Assembly (NCBI GenBank): GCA_951406725.2
Contig: OX597814.1
Span: forward strand, 182,528,001-182,592,000
Source: Octopus vulgaris
Taxonomy: Eukaryota
DNA: 64,000 nucleotides
Direction of reading: 5' to 3'
Below are positions 25,101-36,782 of this stretch, piece after piece; positions within the stretch are counted from its first letter, which is position 1; every line of letters begins with the position of its first letter. Made by a program: the position numbers and the translations under genes. The notes beneath the pieces are model-generated. The model worked only from the letters and a program-made list of their open reading frames with translations, made no database searches and was not told the origin of the DNA.

Positions 25101-28100
25101 TCTTCTACTATAGCTTTAGGTTGACCAATATGTTGTAAGTGCAAAATTCATTAAGGTAGTTTTCCTATGGTTGAATGCCCTTCCTGTTGTCAGCTGTCAC
25201 CTGTAATATTTCCCCATGAACAGCCTTTTTTTTTTCACAGTAGACCGGAAATGAACAGCATTACTTGTATGATGGTGATGCTTGTTCACAACTGTTTTGT
25301 TTAAAACCATCATGTGAAGACAAGGACACACACTCACACACACACACACATAATGGGCTTCTTTTTATCAACTCCACTCACAAGGCTTTCATCAACTAGA
25401 GGCTACAGAAGAAGGCACTTGCCCAAGGTGTTGTACAAATGCTTCCCCAAGTTAATTTAGTGCAATTGCTGGATCTTTTCCTTTTCATGGGCAGCTCGAT
25501 TAATTTTCTTTAACTAAACACTTTGAAACTTCATATTCTGGTAGAATGTGTCATATAGAACATCTTTTACTCTTCGTGTTGTTGAGAAAAGTTTCTATTT
25601 TCGAAGTTATTTCGTGTTAAAGTTGTCGTTTTTCGGTAATTTCAACCAATCAATGATGTGTATTCAGCTGAATAAAATTACTGCTGTTGTTTGTCAACAA
25701 CAACTTCCAGTCATCTATATTTCATTTGTCATTGTTATTTATGACATATTTCATCTCAGTTACATTCATTTTTAACAATGAAACCTTAGTTTCTCTTTTA
25801 GATCACTCTTCTAAAGATGCAATTCTTAGTTCTCAAAATTCAAACAAAAATGATGGTAACACAAAGAAGATAATGTATCACATCAAATTCCTTGACTTTG
25901 CAGTAATCATTTCATGTTTGCATAAATGGAGCAACTATTTTTAAAGATGGATGGCATTAGAAAGGGCATCTTGGCGTTAGGAAGAGCATCCTGGCGTTAG
26001 GAAGGGCATCCAGCTGTAGTAACTCTGCCAGATCAAGATTGGGGCCTGGTGCAGCTATCTGGTTTGCCAGCCCTCAGTCAAAATCGTCCAACCCATGCTA
26101 GCATGGAAAGAGGACGTTAAACGATGATGATGCTCTTTTCTAACACTAAATTATGAATAGAACCTGTTTTTGTTAATCAAGCAACCACAACCATGCAGAG
26201 TGAAATGCTTTGCTCAGGGTAAAACAAAATAGTTGTAATAAGAAGAGCCTTTTAATCATGTGGTTAGTATACCAGCCCTTAAAATCACAATTATTGTACC
26301 CTACATCATAATATGACTCTGCATTCATGGGACTTGAACTAACAATTTCTGGTTTAAGAACCTAGTGACTCCAGTGTCTTTGAAAAAGACACACTGGATG
26401 GGAACCTGGGTTTACGACATAGAGGAAAAGACAGGTTGGGCACATTGGAATGCCTTTGATCATATGTCTCTTGATCAGGATTGATTTGGAGCTAAACAAG
26501 AACCACCACCACCATGATCAGTTTCATTATCATCACACAAATCAAATCGAGTAAAACATTGGAAGGAGAGAGAAACACAAATAAAAAAGATGTTGACAAG
26601 AACCTTTATGATAGCATGAAGTAACTTCTCATTCTCAAAGAATACTTTCCGTTTATCAGGTGTAACGTTGACATCAACACTTCCTACAGAAGGAGAAAAA
26701 ATGAAAATAAAATATAAACATTTAGTTAAGTGTCAACAATTTAATAATGCTTTATAAACAGAAATTTTTAAAGAAGAGGTGCACTATGGCTGTGTGGTTT
26801 TTATGATTTTGCTTTTCAACTATATGATTTCAGGTTCAATTAGATACTGCAAGCACTATGTGTTAAGGGATTATACTGTGTCTGAAATCTATTGATGAGG
26901 ATGAAACTGATTTTGCTTGTTCAGGAAAAAGATCAATTTTGAACAGGGAAGGCATGAAAATGGCGGTGGCGGCAGCCGCAGCAGCAAAGAAAAGAAGTAG
27001 AAATATTACCTTTGGTAATGTTCAGCTGAAGAACCACAAATGGGTACTGGTGACGGTTGTACATGTGATAAACATCATTGACAATCTTAGTAATCTGCAA
27101 AAGCAAAAAGATTTACTTAAGAAAAATCAGTTAGTATAAAAATCCAACGACACTCATAGGCAACAGAGTTATTTGAGATTATTTTGATTTTAAAGACAAC
27201 ATAGGATTCAACACTCAATATATAATGCAGTTAATAACAAGGACTACAAACTGAGACTTTACATCATATTATTCCAAATTTCACATTACCACTTTTCACC
27301 ATGACAAAGATTTTCTAATCACATACAAGCATACCAATGGGAATATAAATTTGATCAAAATGAGACATATAAATGCTAAGTTTCTAAGATTTAAAAGCTT
27401 ATCATCATCATCATCGTTTAACATCCACTTTCCATGCTAGCATGCGTTAGACAATTTGACTGAGGATTGGCGAACCAGAAGGCTGCACCAGGCTTCAATC
27501 TGATCTGGCAGAGTTTCTACAGCTGGATGCCCTTCTTAATGCCAACCACTCCAAGAGTGTAGAGGGTGCTTTTACGTGCCACCAGCACAAGGGCCAGTCA
27601 GGCGGTACTGGCAATGGCCACATTCAAATGGTGTTTTTTACGTGCCACCTGCACAGGAGCCAGTCCAGCAGCACTGGCAACGACCTCGCTCAAATGTTTT
27701 TTCATGTGCCAGTAAAGTGACGCTGGTAACGATCACACTTGAATGGTGCTTTTTACGTGCCACTAATATACTGACAGTCGGGATTAGGCCAAACCATCAA
27801 GAAATGGAGTAGTCACCACTGATGAGCTTTAAATTTAAGCGAAACTAGACTAGTATGGTGATCTCACTCACTGTAGGGCAGTTAACTAAACTGTCAGTGC
27901 ATAAACGTGCTTCTTTACAGCTCTAAGGGATTTTAGCTCTTATTTCTAGCGATGTAGGTTCTACCCTGCACCATCAGTCACAATTAGTAACAATTGAATT
28001 TGTCCTTTTTGGTTTTATATTGTGTAAAGCTGCCTTTGTTATTTTATATGACAGGCTTCTGTCAGTTTCTTATTTCTTTATTGCCCACAAGGGGCTAAAC

Positions 28101-28865
28101 ATAGAGGAGGCAAACAAGGACAGACAAAGGGATTGAGTCGATTACATCGACCCCAGTGCGTAACTGGTAATTAATTTATCGACCCCGAAAGGATGAAAGG
28201 CAAAGTCAACCTCGGCGGAATTTGAACTCAGAACATAACAACAGACAAAATACCTATTCTTTACTACCCACAAGGGGCTAAACACAGAGAGGACGAACAA
28301 GGACAGACAAATGGATTAAGTCGATTACATCAACCCCAGTGCATAACTGGTATTTAATTTATCGACCTCGAAAGGATGAAAGGCAAAGTCGACCTCGGCG
28401 GAATTTGAACTCAGAACGTAACGACAGACGAAATACCGCTAAGCATTTCGCCCGGCGTGCTAACATTTCTGCCAGCTCACCACCTTAGGCTTCTTTCAGT
28501 TTCTGTCTACCAAACCCACTCAGAAGGATTTGGTTAGCCCAGAGCTAGATTAGAAGACTCTTGCCCAATGTGTCATGCAGTGGGACAGAATTCAGACCCA
28601 CATGGTGGAGAAGCAAATTTCTTACCACACAGCTATGCTTGAACCTTTATGCTCCAATATTATAAATGACATTCATTAAGTAAACTCAATGGATATAATA
28701 TGGAGTGGCTGTGTGGTAAGTAGCTTGCTAACCAACCACATGGTTCCGGGTTCAGTCCCACTGCATGGCATCTTGGGCAAGTGTCTTCTGCTATAGCCCC
28801 GGGCCGACCAATGCCTTGTGGGTGGATTTGGTAGACGGAAACTCAAAGAAGCCCGTCGTATATAT

Positions 28866-28899
<34 letters not shown>

Positions 28900-31800
28900 C
28901 TGTGTTTGTCCCCCAAGCATTGCTTGATGTATATATATATATATATATGTATGTATGTGTGTCTGTGTTTGTCCCCCAAGCATTGCTTGACAACCGATGC
29001 TGGTGTGTTTACGTCCCCGTAACTTAGCGGTTCGGCAAAAGACACCGATAGAATAAGTACTGGGCTTACAAAGAATAAGTCCCGGGGTCGATTTGCTCGA
29101 CTAAAGGCGGTGCTCCAGCATGGCCGCAGTCAAATGACTGAAACAAGTAAAAAAAAAAAAAATATTCATTAACAAATTGCGGTGCCCCAGCAATGGCGGT
29201 GCCCCAGCATGGCCACAGCTCATAAGCTGAAACTGGAAAAATCAAAATCAAAATCAAAATCAAAATCAAATTCAATGAATTATTCTCATTATTGAAACTT
29301 ACCTTCACAGAATCACAGGGGCGTTTATTGACAAAATAAAATTGCCGATCAGTGCTACTTCTTCCACAGCCATGTTCACATTTTGAAATGTAACCGTCAA
29401 TGCTATAAAATTAACATTATTGATTTTTAAGTCCTCAGCAATCAAAATGAATAATATTAGCATTACCTTACAATATGGAAAAATGGTTTTGCATTATGGT
29501 ATTGAACTCATAGTTCTAAATGTTTCCCACTGTTTTTCTTTTATGTTTGTTATTCAGCAAGATATCCATGATTTTTTTTAAAAACATTTTTCATGTTCAG
29601 AATTGTCAAAGTATGGAATAAACTATTTTCATCAGTTGATAGCTCTCAGGACATTGTATTCTTCAAAGATTCCATGCTTCCTGAAATTCACCAATACTTT
29701 TAACAAGCCTATGACCCCTTTACATTTTATAGCTCTTTTAAAATTCTCTTTTCTGTCTGTGTACTAGGCAGGCACTTTTGGGTATCATTGCTATCTTTTT
29801 GTTTACTTGACTATCGCCACTTTATATCCATTCTTTATCCATTTCTGACATGCCATAGTGCATCTGAGAACTGCATACTATAAGCTCACTATCATTACTA
29901 TTTTTAAAACTGAACTTGAAGGAATCCAAGATCAGAACATGAAGTGACATAACTAAATATTACACAGCATTTTATATGGCATTTAAGTGAAAATCTGTCA
30001 TCACCTACCATTTATTCAATGAAATAGTAATACAATTAATTCTCTTAAAATACCTGAAAAGATCACACACTTCTTCATTCAGTTTTATTCCGAAATCAGC
30101 ACATACATCTTCTGAGGGTTTAGTATGAATAATTTCTGAAATTGTTTGAAGCTGTAAGACAAAGAGACATTTTGATGCAAAACTAATGATTTAATGTTTA
30201 ACATACAACAGAGAAATGAGTTATGTACGGTAAGTCAGATTCATGAAATAAACTAACAACAACACTAAATGAAAAAGATTGAGAAATTAAGTGAGTATGA
30301 AAGATATCGGCTGATGTATACAAGAAATATATACATATTTGGACATGTAACATTAACAGATTAAATATGATGATTGAAAAAAATCACAGATGAGATAATA
30401 TGGAACAGCATTGGCAAAGGAAAATTGATCAGTAAATATCAAACAAACATAGATAAACATGATATTATTATAGTAATAATGAGAATAATGTTAGCCAACA
30501 ACAACGATTATAGTGGAAACAGGGTAGTTGATGATTTATCGATATTTGAGAAATTAGTAACCTAAAAAAGTCATAACAAATGGGAAATAAGAGATAATCT
30601 GTGGATATTTAAGCGGTCTGAAATTACTTGTTTTCCAGCATATTAAAAAAATTCATAAAGATCTAAGTTAATTGAGAGTGCAATGATAAATTTCTGCATA
30701 ATATAAAATACTTTGCCAATAATTATTAGGAAACCTCAGTCAACATCAGGCTTTTAAAAGCAAACCAAAGCCCTTTCTGTTTATTAATTCATAACAATAA
30801 ATGTAAAAATGATTTTCTTTCTCTAAATGTTAAATTCCATAATACATACTTGCTTTGTTCCAAAAATATTAGCGATATTTTCTTTAACTGAACACTTTCC
30901 AATTGATGATACAATTAATGATCTTGATCTGAAGAATACCAAGAAAAGAAATTTTAAAAAGTGAGAAAGGAAATTCTTATCTTTCAAAAATAAAATTCAC
31001 AAATTGGTATCAACATAATTTTTATGGCTAAATCTAAAACCTACACCCCCTCCTCCAATATATATACAATTCAGTAGCAGGAAAAGATACAAATCGGTAT
31101 CAGAAAAAAATAATAAAATACTATTTCAACTACTAGTCGCATCAACACACTACAAATACTAGCCTGAAGATGTACCAACTCCAACTTTTATCTCTCCTGT
31201 TATAATAGTAGATTTTGCTCCTCTGAGCTAGAAAACAGTGTACTAACTAATGCAATTACCTCTCACCCTCACATCAACCATACTTTGCCTTAACCCACAA
31301 ATAATTTTCCCTTTTTCAACAAGAGCTTGCTCCTAACTCATCTTATCATTGCAAACATAAACCTACAAATGTTCCAACTGAACATCTACATCAAACTCAT
31401 CAGTTGCCTTCACTTTCCAAACTTCAGAACATATCTCAATACAGAAAGCCGTTGGGAATATTACATTCCTCTGATGGCCTTTTAGCAAGAAGAAACTTTT
31501 ATCTCATCCACTCAATACCAAGAAACTGCAGATGAGCAACAATCTTTATGAACCTTTTGCGATTTGAGAGGCAATGATTTTAATTATCACTCATTCCTTA
31601 ATTGAAAAATAAGACTGGAATTTTACAGTTAAGCAAATATAAAAAAGTAGGCTCACAGTCTATTTTTAAATAATTTTAGTTTAAATATGTAAAATAATAA
31701 TAAATGCGCTCTTTTAAAGCTTAGCCAGGCTCATAGGCCTGGTTTCCCGGTTTCAATGACGTATGTGTTCCTCAGCTGGATGAGACGCCAGTCCATTGCA

Positions 31801-34800
31801 GTGTTACTCATTTTTGTCAGCTGAGTGGACTGGAGCAACGTGAAATGAAGTGTTTTGCTCAAGAACACAATGCGCTGCCCAGTCCAGGAATCGAAACCAC
31901 AATCTTACAGTCATGATGCTGACACCCTAACCACTTAACCACGTGCCTCCACAGTTTAGATATGTGCCGTCACCTTTTTATTTATAAACAGAATTGATCA
32001 CTAAGTTTAATGATTCTTCTTCCTTCCCAAAGATGTAATTTTATTTACTTAAATTCTTTTACAATTACTCTAAAAACATTACTTACCCTTTTCCAACCTG
32101 GTTATAACATGAAATCCTCACACCGACGTTAATAAGGCAGTAGGAATTCAAAATTTGAACCATTTTAAAGAATTCTTTTTTCAAGTTCCTTAAAAATTCT
32201 TTATGCCTAACAGGTAGTGTTGAAAACAAATTCTCCAATATGACAGTGCATCCTGGCTGCAGATGAAAATACATTTAAGTTAAATGCACATTCAAAGAAA
32301 TTACATAAGGTTGAAGAAAGAAATGAAAATATTTTGACTCTGAAACATAATCATTTTACTAACATTTGAATTGTGTTTACTAGAATCTCTAAAATTTTAC
32401 GTTTTCGAAATTATTTTTATTTATATCAATTAGTCAAAGAGCAGTAACTCTAGCCCTTAGAAGACCTATCAAATTGACATGGCTGACATTGTAGATTAAT
32501 ATTTGTAGGGAAAACATGGGATAAGAAGGAGATTCAGAGGTTTTAACAAAATTATCATCAATGGCCCAACAAATATCTGTTATATGTAGGTTGAGAAAGA
32601 GATGACCACAGTATTGGCAGAAACCAAAGAAGAGTTCATCATTCAAACAAATGCCTTTCTTATAGATGATGCCATTAATTAAAGATTGTGGACTCTACCA
32701 ATTACATAGAACATCATCATCATGGTTTAACGTCTGCTTTCCATGCTAGTATGGGTTGGACGATTTGACTGAAGTCTGGCGAACCAGATGGCTGCACCAG
32801 ACTCCAATCTGATCTGGCAGAGTTTCTACAGCTGGATGCCCGAGAGTGTAGTGGGTGCTTTTATGTGCCACCAGCACGAGGGCCAGTTAGGTGGTACCGG
32901 CAATGGCCATGCTCAAATGGTGCTTTTTATGTGCCACCTGCACAGGAGCCAGTCCAGCAGCACTGGCAATACAATAAATGTAAAAATGATTTTCTTTCTC
33001 TAAATGTTTTTATAATACATACTTGCTTTGTTCCAAAAATATTAGCGATATTTTCTTTAACAGAACACTTTCCAATTGATGATACAATTAATGATCTTGA
33101 TCCTTGATTCTGTATTTGGTTTGCAATATTCTTGATGTAAACTCATCCATTGAAGCGACCTTCCCGAGATACAATGAAATAAGACACAAAAAGTAAGGAA
33201 ACATAAAGAAATCAATGCAGCTTACTTGTCTTGCACAAGGTGTGCGTGAATTAATCTTTCCATGATGATCAAATTGGAGTTTTGTACCAACTGAAGCATT
33301 TATATGTCTGGTGGTAACTGTTAGTTTACTGAGGGCACACAATGAACTCAATGCTTCTCCACGAAACCCGAATGTTTCTACTAAGGTGAGGTCAGAAATA
33401 TCCTTCAGTTTGGAGGTATAATGTTTCAAAGCTGAGAAAATCCAAAAACAAAGAAAATTAATTAAAAATTTTTTAAATTCAGCATATAAGTATATCTTAA
33501 AGTTTTGTTTATCTATTTTCATTTATTTATTAGTTTTAAACACACACACAGTTCTATGGTAAAGTGTATGAGGTGATTTAATATATCATGAAATTATTGT
33601 ATAGAGTGCTCAGGTGCACCACAACTTGTCAAAAGTGCGTATAAAGCATATGCAGTAATTGTACAAATGTCTGGAAAGTGAACAGTGTATGAGTCAGATA
33701 CATGCTTGCGTGTGTATGGAGGGGAAAAATCAAGAATCTCAGGAAGCATGGAAGTTTTGAAGGATGCAGTGCTCCAACAACTAACAACTGATGCCGGCAG
33801 TCTGTTCCATGCTTCAGCAACTCTTAGCGTGAAAAAATGTTTCCGAAAGTCATGGGAGCTGTGCTGTTTTCTGATTTTGTAAACATGTCCACAGGTGTTA
33901 GACAGGTGGAGTTTGAAAAGGTGCTCAGAGTTATTGTTAGTAAGATGGTTAATAATTTTATGGATGTCTGCCAAGTCAGCTGCCAGACATCAGAGTTTCA
34001 ATGTATCCATGCCCACGGAAGTAAGGCGTTACTTCCCCTGTCCCCAGTGAAATTCAACTGAGAAGAATTTGATTTGTTGTTAACTAAGAAAACTGAAGTG
34101 ATGATGGTTGCATACATACAAAATAAAATAGCAACAGCAATACTTGAACATGAGACCCTGGAATTAGTAGTTCAACACATTACAGCCCTTTTTTACGTCG
34201 ATAACGACTCTACTTTAGATTTGGATATTTGGTGAATTGCTGAAGTGGCATTCATTTTTTTTTGTCTCTTTTAAGTGTAGTTTTCTGCAGGATAATCATT
34301 CAATTACAAGGTAAAAAGGTAATTTTCAGCGAAGTGAGACTATAAGTTAAGAGTTACTTATCAAGGGACGCAACTCCTTGTCATTGCAGAGATACATCTG
34401 TAGATAAATATTTTAACCTTACAGCCACTACACATCTCTTACTTTGGGTTCAAGATTTTTAAATATAACTACCAGAGATACCCGGCCTTGCTCGGGATTA
34501 AAATGGCATAGATTTTTATTGCTTTCCTTATTTCAGTCATGTGACTGCGGCCATGCTGGAGCACCGCCGTTGGTCGAAGAAATCAATCACAAGATTTATT
34601 CTTTGTAAGCCTAGTACTCATTCTGTCAGTGTCTTTTACCAAACTGATAAGTTACAGGAATGTAAACACAGCAACACCAGTTGTCAAGCAATAGTGGGGG
34701 GGGGGGGTACAAATACAAGACACACGCACACACACACACAAATATACACATATATACGACAGTCTTCTTTCAGTTTCCAAGTACGAAATCCACCCACAAG

Positions 34801-34854
34801 GTTTTGGTCAGTGCGAATGGGCTTTATTATACGGTGCCATATTTTACAATCCTG

Positions 34855-34893
<39 letters not shown>

Positions 34894-36782
34894 GTATTTT
34901 TATATAAGCTTAAAGCTTATGTCATTCACCGTGCAATGACTAAGGAAAATAGTCTAATAATATAAGCCCTCAACAGAAGAAAAAAAAGACTTTCCCTGGC
35001 ATTTGGAAAGAATTTAATGCAGTAACAATACACTTACTTAAACCTTCAAAATTTTCTTCTGCGACGCCACAACCATTATCAATAACTTCAATCAACTCAG
35101 AACCATATTCTTTTAATTTAATTTCTGCAAATCAAATTGACATTGATAAAAACACATAGATTAGATTAAATATTAGATAAGATGTCATAGGAACTGCCAA
35201 CAGTATACAATAATTTGTAGTTGTTAATCCAATCAATCTGTGATAATAATAGCTATGATCAACTTTTACTACTTTACTAAACTCAAACTAGAAATACATT
35301 TCCATAGATAAAATATTTCCCATTGAGCAGATTTCCTCATGCTAATTGCTAAAATATGAAGCAGAAGCAGTACTTATTTTCACGTACTGACAAAGTTGGA
35401 ACCTCAGCTAATTATAATCGTTAAGATGCAAAGTTTCTAAATATTTTTTGTCTGTTCCTTCTCGAGCCATGCCTGGCTCATAAGGGCCGGTTTCCCAGTT
35501 TCCTTGGTGTATAGGTTCCCCACCTGGACGAGATGATGGTCCGTCGCAGGTGAGCTGCAAGATGCAGGAAGAAAGAATGAGAGAAAGTTGTGACGAAAGA
35601 GTCAGAAGTTTGCCATTACCTTCTGTCAGAGCCACGTGGAGCTTAGGTGTTTTGCTCATAAACACACACATCGCCCAATCTGAGATTCAAACCCATGATC
35701 CCTCGACTGCGAGTCCGCTGCTCTAATCACTAGGCCATGTGCCTCCAAATAATATAATAAACAGCTTTGTAAAAAACATTAAAAAAAGTGAAGTTAAATC
35801 ATGCTACAGCGTTACTAAAATACCCATTTCATCTGATGCCAAAAAAAAGACAGAAAACATATGCTCACAAAAATAGCTTTATCAACAAAATATACTTATA
35901 TTAAAGGATGGTTTGTATGCAGCAATAATAAAAAAAAAAGGGCCTATTTCACTTTCTTATATTGTTATCAACACAAAACACTTTGAATGGAAACAAAACT
36001 AGGTACAGCACGATCTGGCTGTGACACCTTTCTACTATCCCAAATGAAAAGCTGTTTGATGACTCAGTTCAGAATGAGGGATGGCATAATCAAGATGGAT
36101 CATTTACGTACTTTACATTACTAATATTTACTTGCCGGTGGCATGTAAAAAGCACCATCTGAACGTGGCCGATGCCAGCGCCGCCTTGACTGGCTTCTGT
36201 GCCGGTGGCACGTAAAAAGCACCAATCCGATCGTGGCCATTGCCAGCTTCACCTGGCACCTTTGCAAGTGGCACATAAAAGGCACCCACTACACTCACGG
36301 AGTGGTTGGCGTTAGGAAGGGTATCCAGCTGTAGAAACACTGCCAGATCAGACTGGAGCCTGGTGCAGCCGGCTGGTGTCTCAGATCCCTGGTTGAACCG
36401 TCCATGGAGAACGGACGTTAAACAATGATGATGATGAGGATAGCAATAGTCTACTCAAACAGTGTTGGCAAGGGTTTCACAAAAACAACTAGACATGAGA
36501 TGATATTAACAAAATGTAGAAAAACAGGTCCTTCAAAACCATTTCAATACAAAAAATAAAAATGAAAAAATTTCTAAAACAGTGATGTTGATACATACCG
36601 ACAGTTGTGGCTCCAGCATCTATACTGTTTTCAACAAGTTCTTTAATGCCTGTTGCTAGATTAACAATGACCTGACCAGAGCATATGTGATGAACTGATT
36701 TACGATCAATTGCCTGGATAGTATCTTTCTGAAATGTTCGATTCTTCAGAAATTCTTCACTGTCATTTTGGCTGGAACTCAT
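6561..36782 (-). CDS. PMS2: PMS2 mismatch repair endonuclease (MutL homolog), multi-exon gene, 21 coding exons, ~844 aa
   Basis: GHKL ATPase motifs ([24 protein letters not shown]), S5-like domain ([16 protein letters not shown]), endonuclease [15 protein letters not shown] and CPHGRP motifs. All reconstructed introns are GT-AG with matching phases. Confidence 0.96.
7492..7527 (-). CDS. PMS2: PMS2 coding exon 20
   Basis: [12 protein letters not shown]; cacag acceptor, gtaagt donor. Confidence 0.92.
8011..8230. mobile_element. piggyBac-like MITE (~220 bp)
   Basis: TTAA on both sides (8007-8010, 8231-8234); termini ccatttcgtta / taatgaaaggg. Confidence 0.65.
8478..8582 (-). CDS. PMS2: PMS2 coding exon 19
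   Basis: [35 protein letters not shown]. Confidence 0.95.
9025..10070. repeat. ~500-bp tandem duplication containing an L2/CR1-like RT fragment and a SINE fragment
   Basis: 9025-9517 recurs at 9548-10070 with high identity. [12 protein letters not shown] is encoded just upstream (~8970-9005) and a PQGS-like motif lies within the duplicated unit. Confidence 0.8.
12416..12453 (-). CDS. PMS2: PMS2 coding exon 18
   Basis: [13 protein letters not shown]; attttag acceptor, gtgaga donor. Confidence 0.92.
13473..13591 (-). CDS. PMS2: PMS2 coding exon 17 (5' end apparently truncated by a SINE)
   Basis: [39 protein letters not shown] with gtaagt donor. The upstream ~17 conserved residues were not found. 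Confidence 0.85.
15028..15158 (-). CDS. PMS2: PMS2 coding exon 16 (endonuclease metal-binding motif)
   Basis: [43 protein letters not shown]. Confidence 0.96.
15879..16103 (-). CDS. PMS2: PMS2 coding exon 15
   Basis: [20 protein letters not shown]...[34 protein letters not shown]. Confidence 0.93.
17489..17955 (-). CDS. PMS2: PMS2 coding exon 14 (S/E-rich disordered linker)
   Basis: Open frame [11 protein letters not shown]...VITKY; tttccag acceptor, gtaagt donor; phases fit both neighbours. Confidence 0.85.
18807..18924 (-). CDS. PMS2: PMS2 coding exon 13 (linker)
   Basis: [39 protein letters not shown]; AG/GT boundaries and phase consistent. Confidence 0.7.
19088..19500 (+). mobile_element. 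Full-length tRNA-derived SINE (family B) with internal (TA)n, nested in a family C element
   Basis: Head gtaggagtggctgtgtggtaagtagcttgcttaccaaccacatggttcc.ggttcagtccc has A/B-box-like motifs; tail gaaacaagtaaaagag. Other copies at 22150-22499(-), 28703-29150, 46496-46873(-) and 63104-63447. Confidence 0.85.
20299..20329 (-). CDS. PMS2: PMS2 coding exon 12 (micro-exon, linker)
   Basis: [11 protein letters not shown]; ttcacag acceptor, gtatgt donor; phases 2/0 fit. Confidence 0.6.
20445..21090 (+). mobile_element. RTE LINE fragment (endonuclease C-terminus and linker)
   Basis: [26 protein letters not shown]...SQIDFIL, QHRLV and TWWWN motifs, with stops and frameshifts. Confidence 0.8.
21109..21154 (-). 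CDS. PMS2: PMS2 coding exon 11 (linker)
   Basis: [15 protein letters not shown]; tttaag acceptor, gtaagc donor; phases 1/2 fit. Confidence 0.62.
22605..22795 (-). mobile_element. RTE LINE ORF2 C-terminal fragment
   Basis: [18 protein letters not shown]....[24 protein letters not shown]. Confidence 0.75.
23245..23672 (-). mobile_element. RTE/RTEX-like LINE 3' end
   Basis: [21 protein letters not shown]...[14 protein letters not shown]...MMDREVW. Same family at 45745-46055(-) and 47671-47795(+). Confidence 0.75.
24841..24901 (-). CDS. PMS2: PMS2 coding exon 10
   Basis: [20 protein letters not shown], homologous to the TSLIGMF segment following LLAVLK in human PMS2. Confidence 0.8.
26604..26683 (-). 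CDS. PMS2: PMS2 coding exon 9
   Basis: [27 protein letters not shown]. Confidence 0.94.
27010..27094 (-). CDS. PMS2: PMS2 coding exon 8
   Basis: [28 protein letters not shown]. Confidence 0.95.
27813..27861 (+). ncRNA. Type I hammerhead ribozyme
   Basis: TCACCA-CTGATGA-GCTT(taaattt)AAGC-GAA-ACTA(gac)TAGT-A-TGGTGA. Conserved core is complete, stems I, II and III all pair, and the GUA cleavage site follows 27855. Confidence 0.85.
29303..29402 (-). CDS. PMS2: PMS2 coding exon 7
   Basis: [33 protein letters not shown]. Confidence 0.95.
30054..30151 (-). CDS. PMS2: PMS2 coding exon 6
   Basis: [32 protein letters not shown]. Confidence 0.9.
30850..30928 (-). CDS. PMS2: PMS2 coding exon 5
   Basis: [26 protein letters not shown]; cttcag acceptor, gtatgt donor. 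Confidence 0.9.
31715..31953 (-). mobile_element. tRNA-derived SINE (family D)
   Basis: Head ggaggcacgtggttaagtggttagggtg...ggtttcgattcc followed by tgtgttcttgagcaaaacact. Related heads at 15673-15805(-), 35455-35747(-) and 55990-56322(-). Confidence 0.7.
32087..32256 (-). CDS. PMS2: PMS2 coding exon 4
   Basis: [39 protein letters not shown]...[11 protein letters not shown]. Confidence 0.95.
32971..33102 (-). pseudogene. Duplicated copy of PMS2 exon 5 plus its donor and ~50 nt of downstream intron, lying in intron 3
   Basis: Nearly identical to 30794-30929. One synonymous change in the exon part; native acceptor replaced. Confidence 0.85.
33226..33431 (-). CDS. PMS2: PMS2 coding exon 3
   Basis: [34 protein letters not shown]...PCARQ. 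Confidence 0.96.
33595..33995 (-). mobile_element. CR1-clade LINE 3' end
   Basis: [32 protein letters not shown] followed by 3' UTR and (TAT)n tail. Other copies at ~2970-3270(-), 16530-16712(-), 29570-29900(+) and 39420-39798(+). Confidence 0.8.
35038..35124 (-). CDS. PMS2: PMS2 coding exon 2
   Basis: [29 protein letters not shown]. Confidence 0.95.
36599..36782 (-). CDS. PMS2: PMS2 first coding exon
   Basis: MSSSQ...[40 protein letters not shown]. An acceptor-like tacag just upstream of the ATG (36787-36788) suggests a further 5' exon. Confidence 0.94.

Noticed and set aside
25950-26012. Three tandem ~20-bp units ggcgttaggaagggcatc
   Set aside because: Slippage inside a SINE; no spacers and not CRISPR-like.
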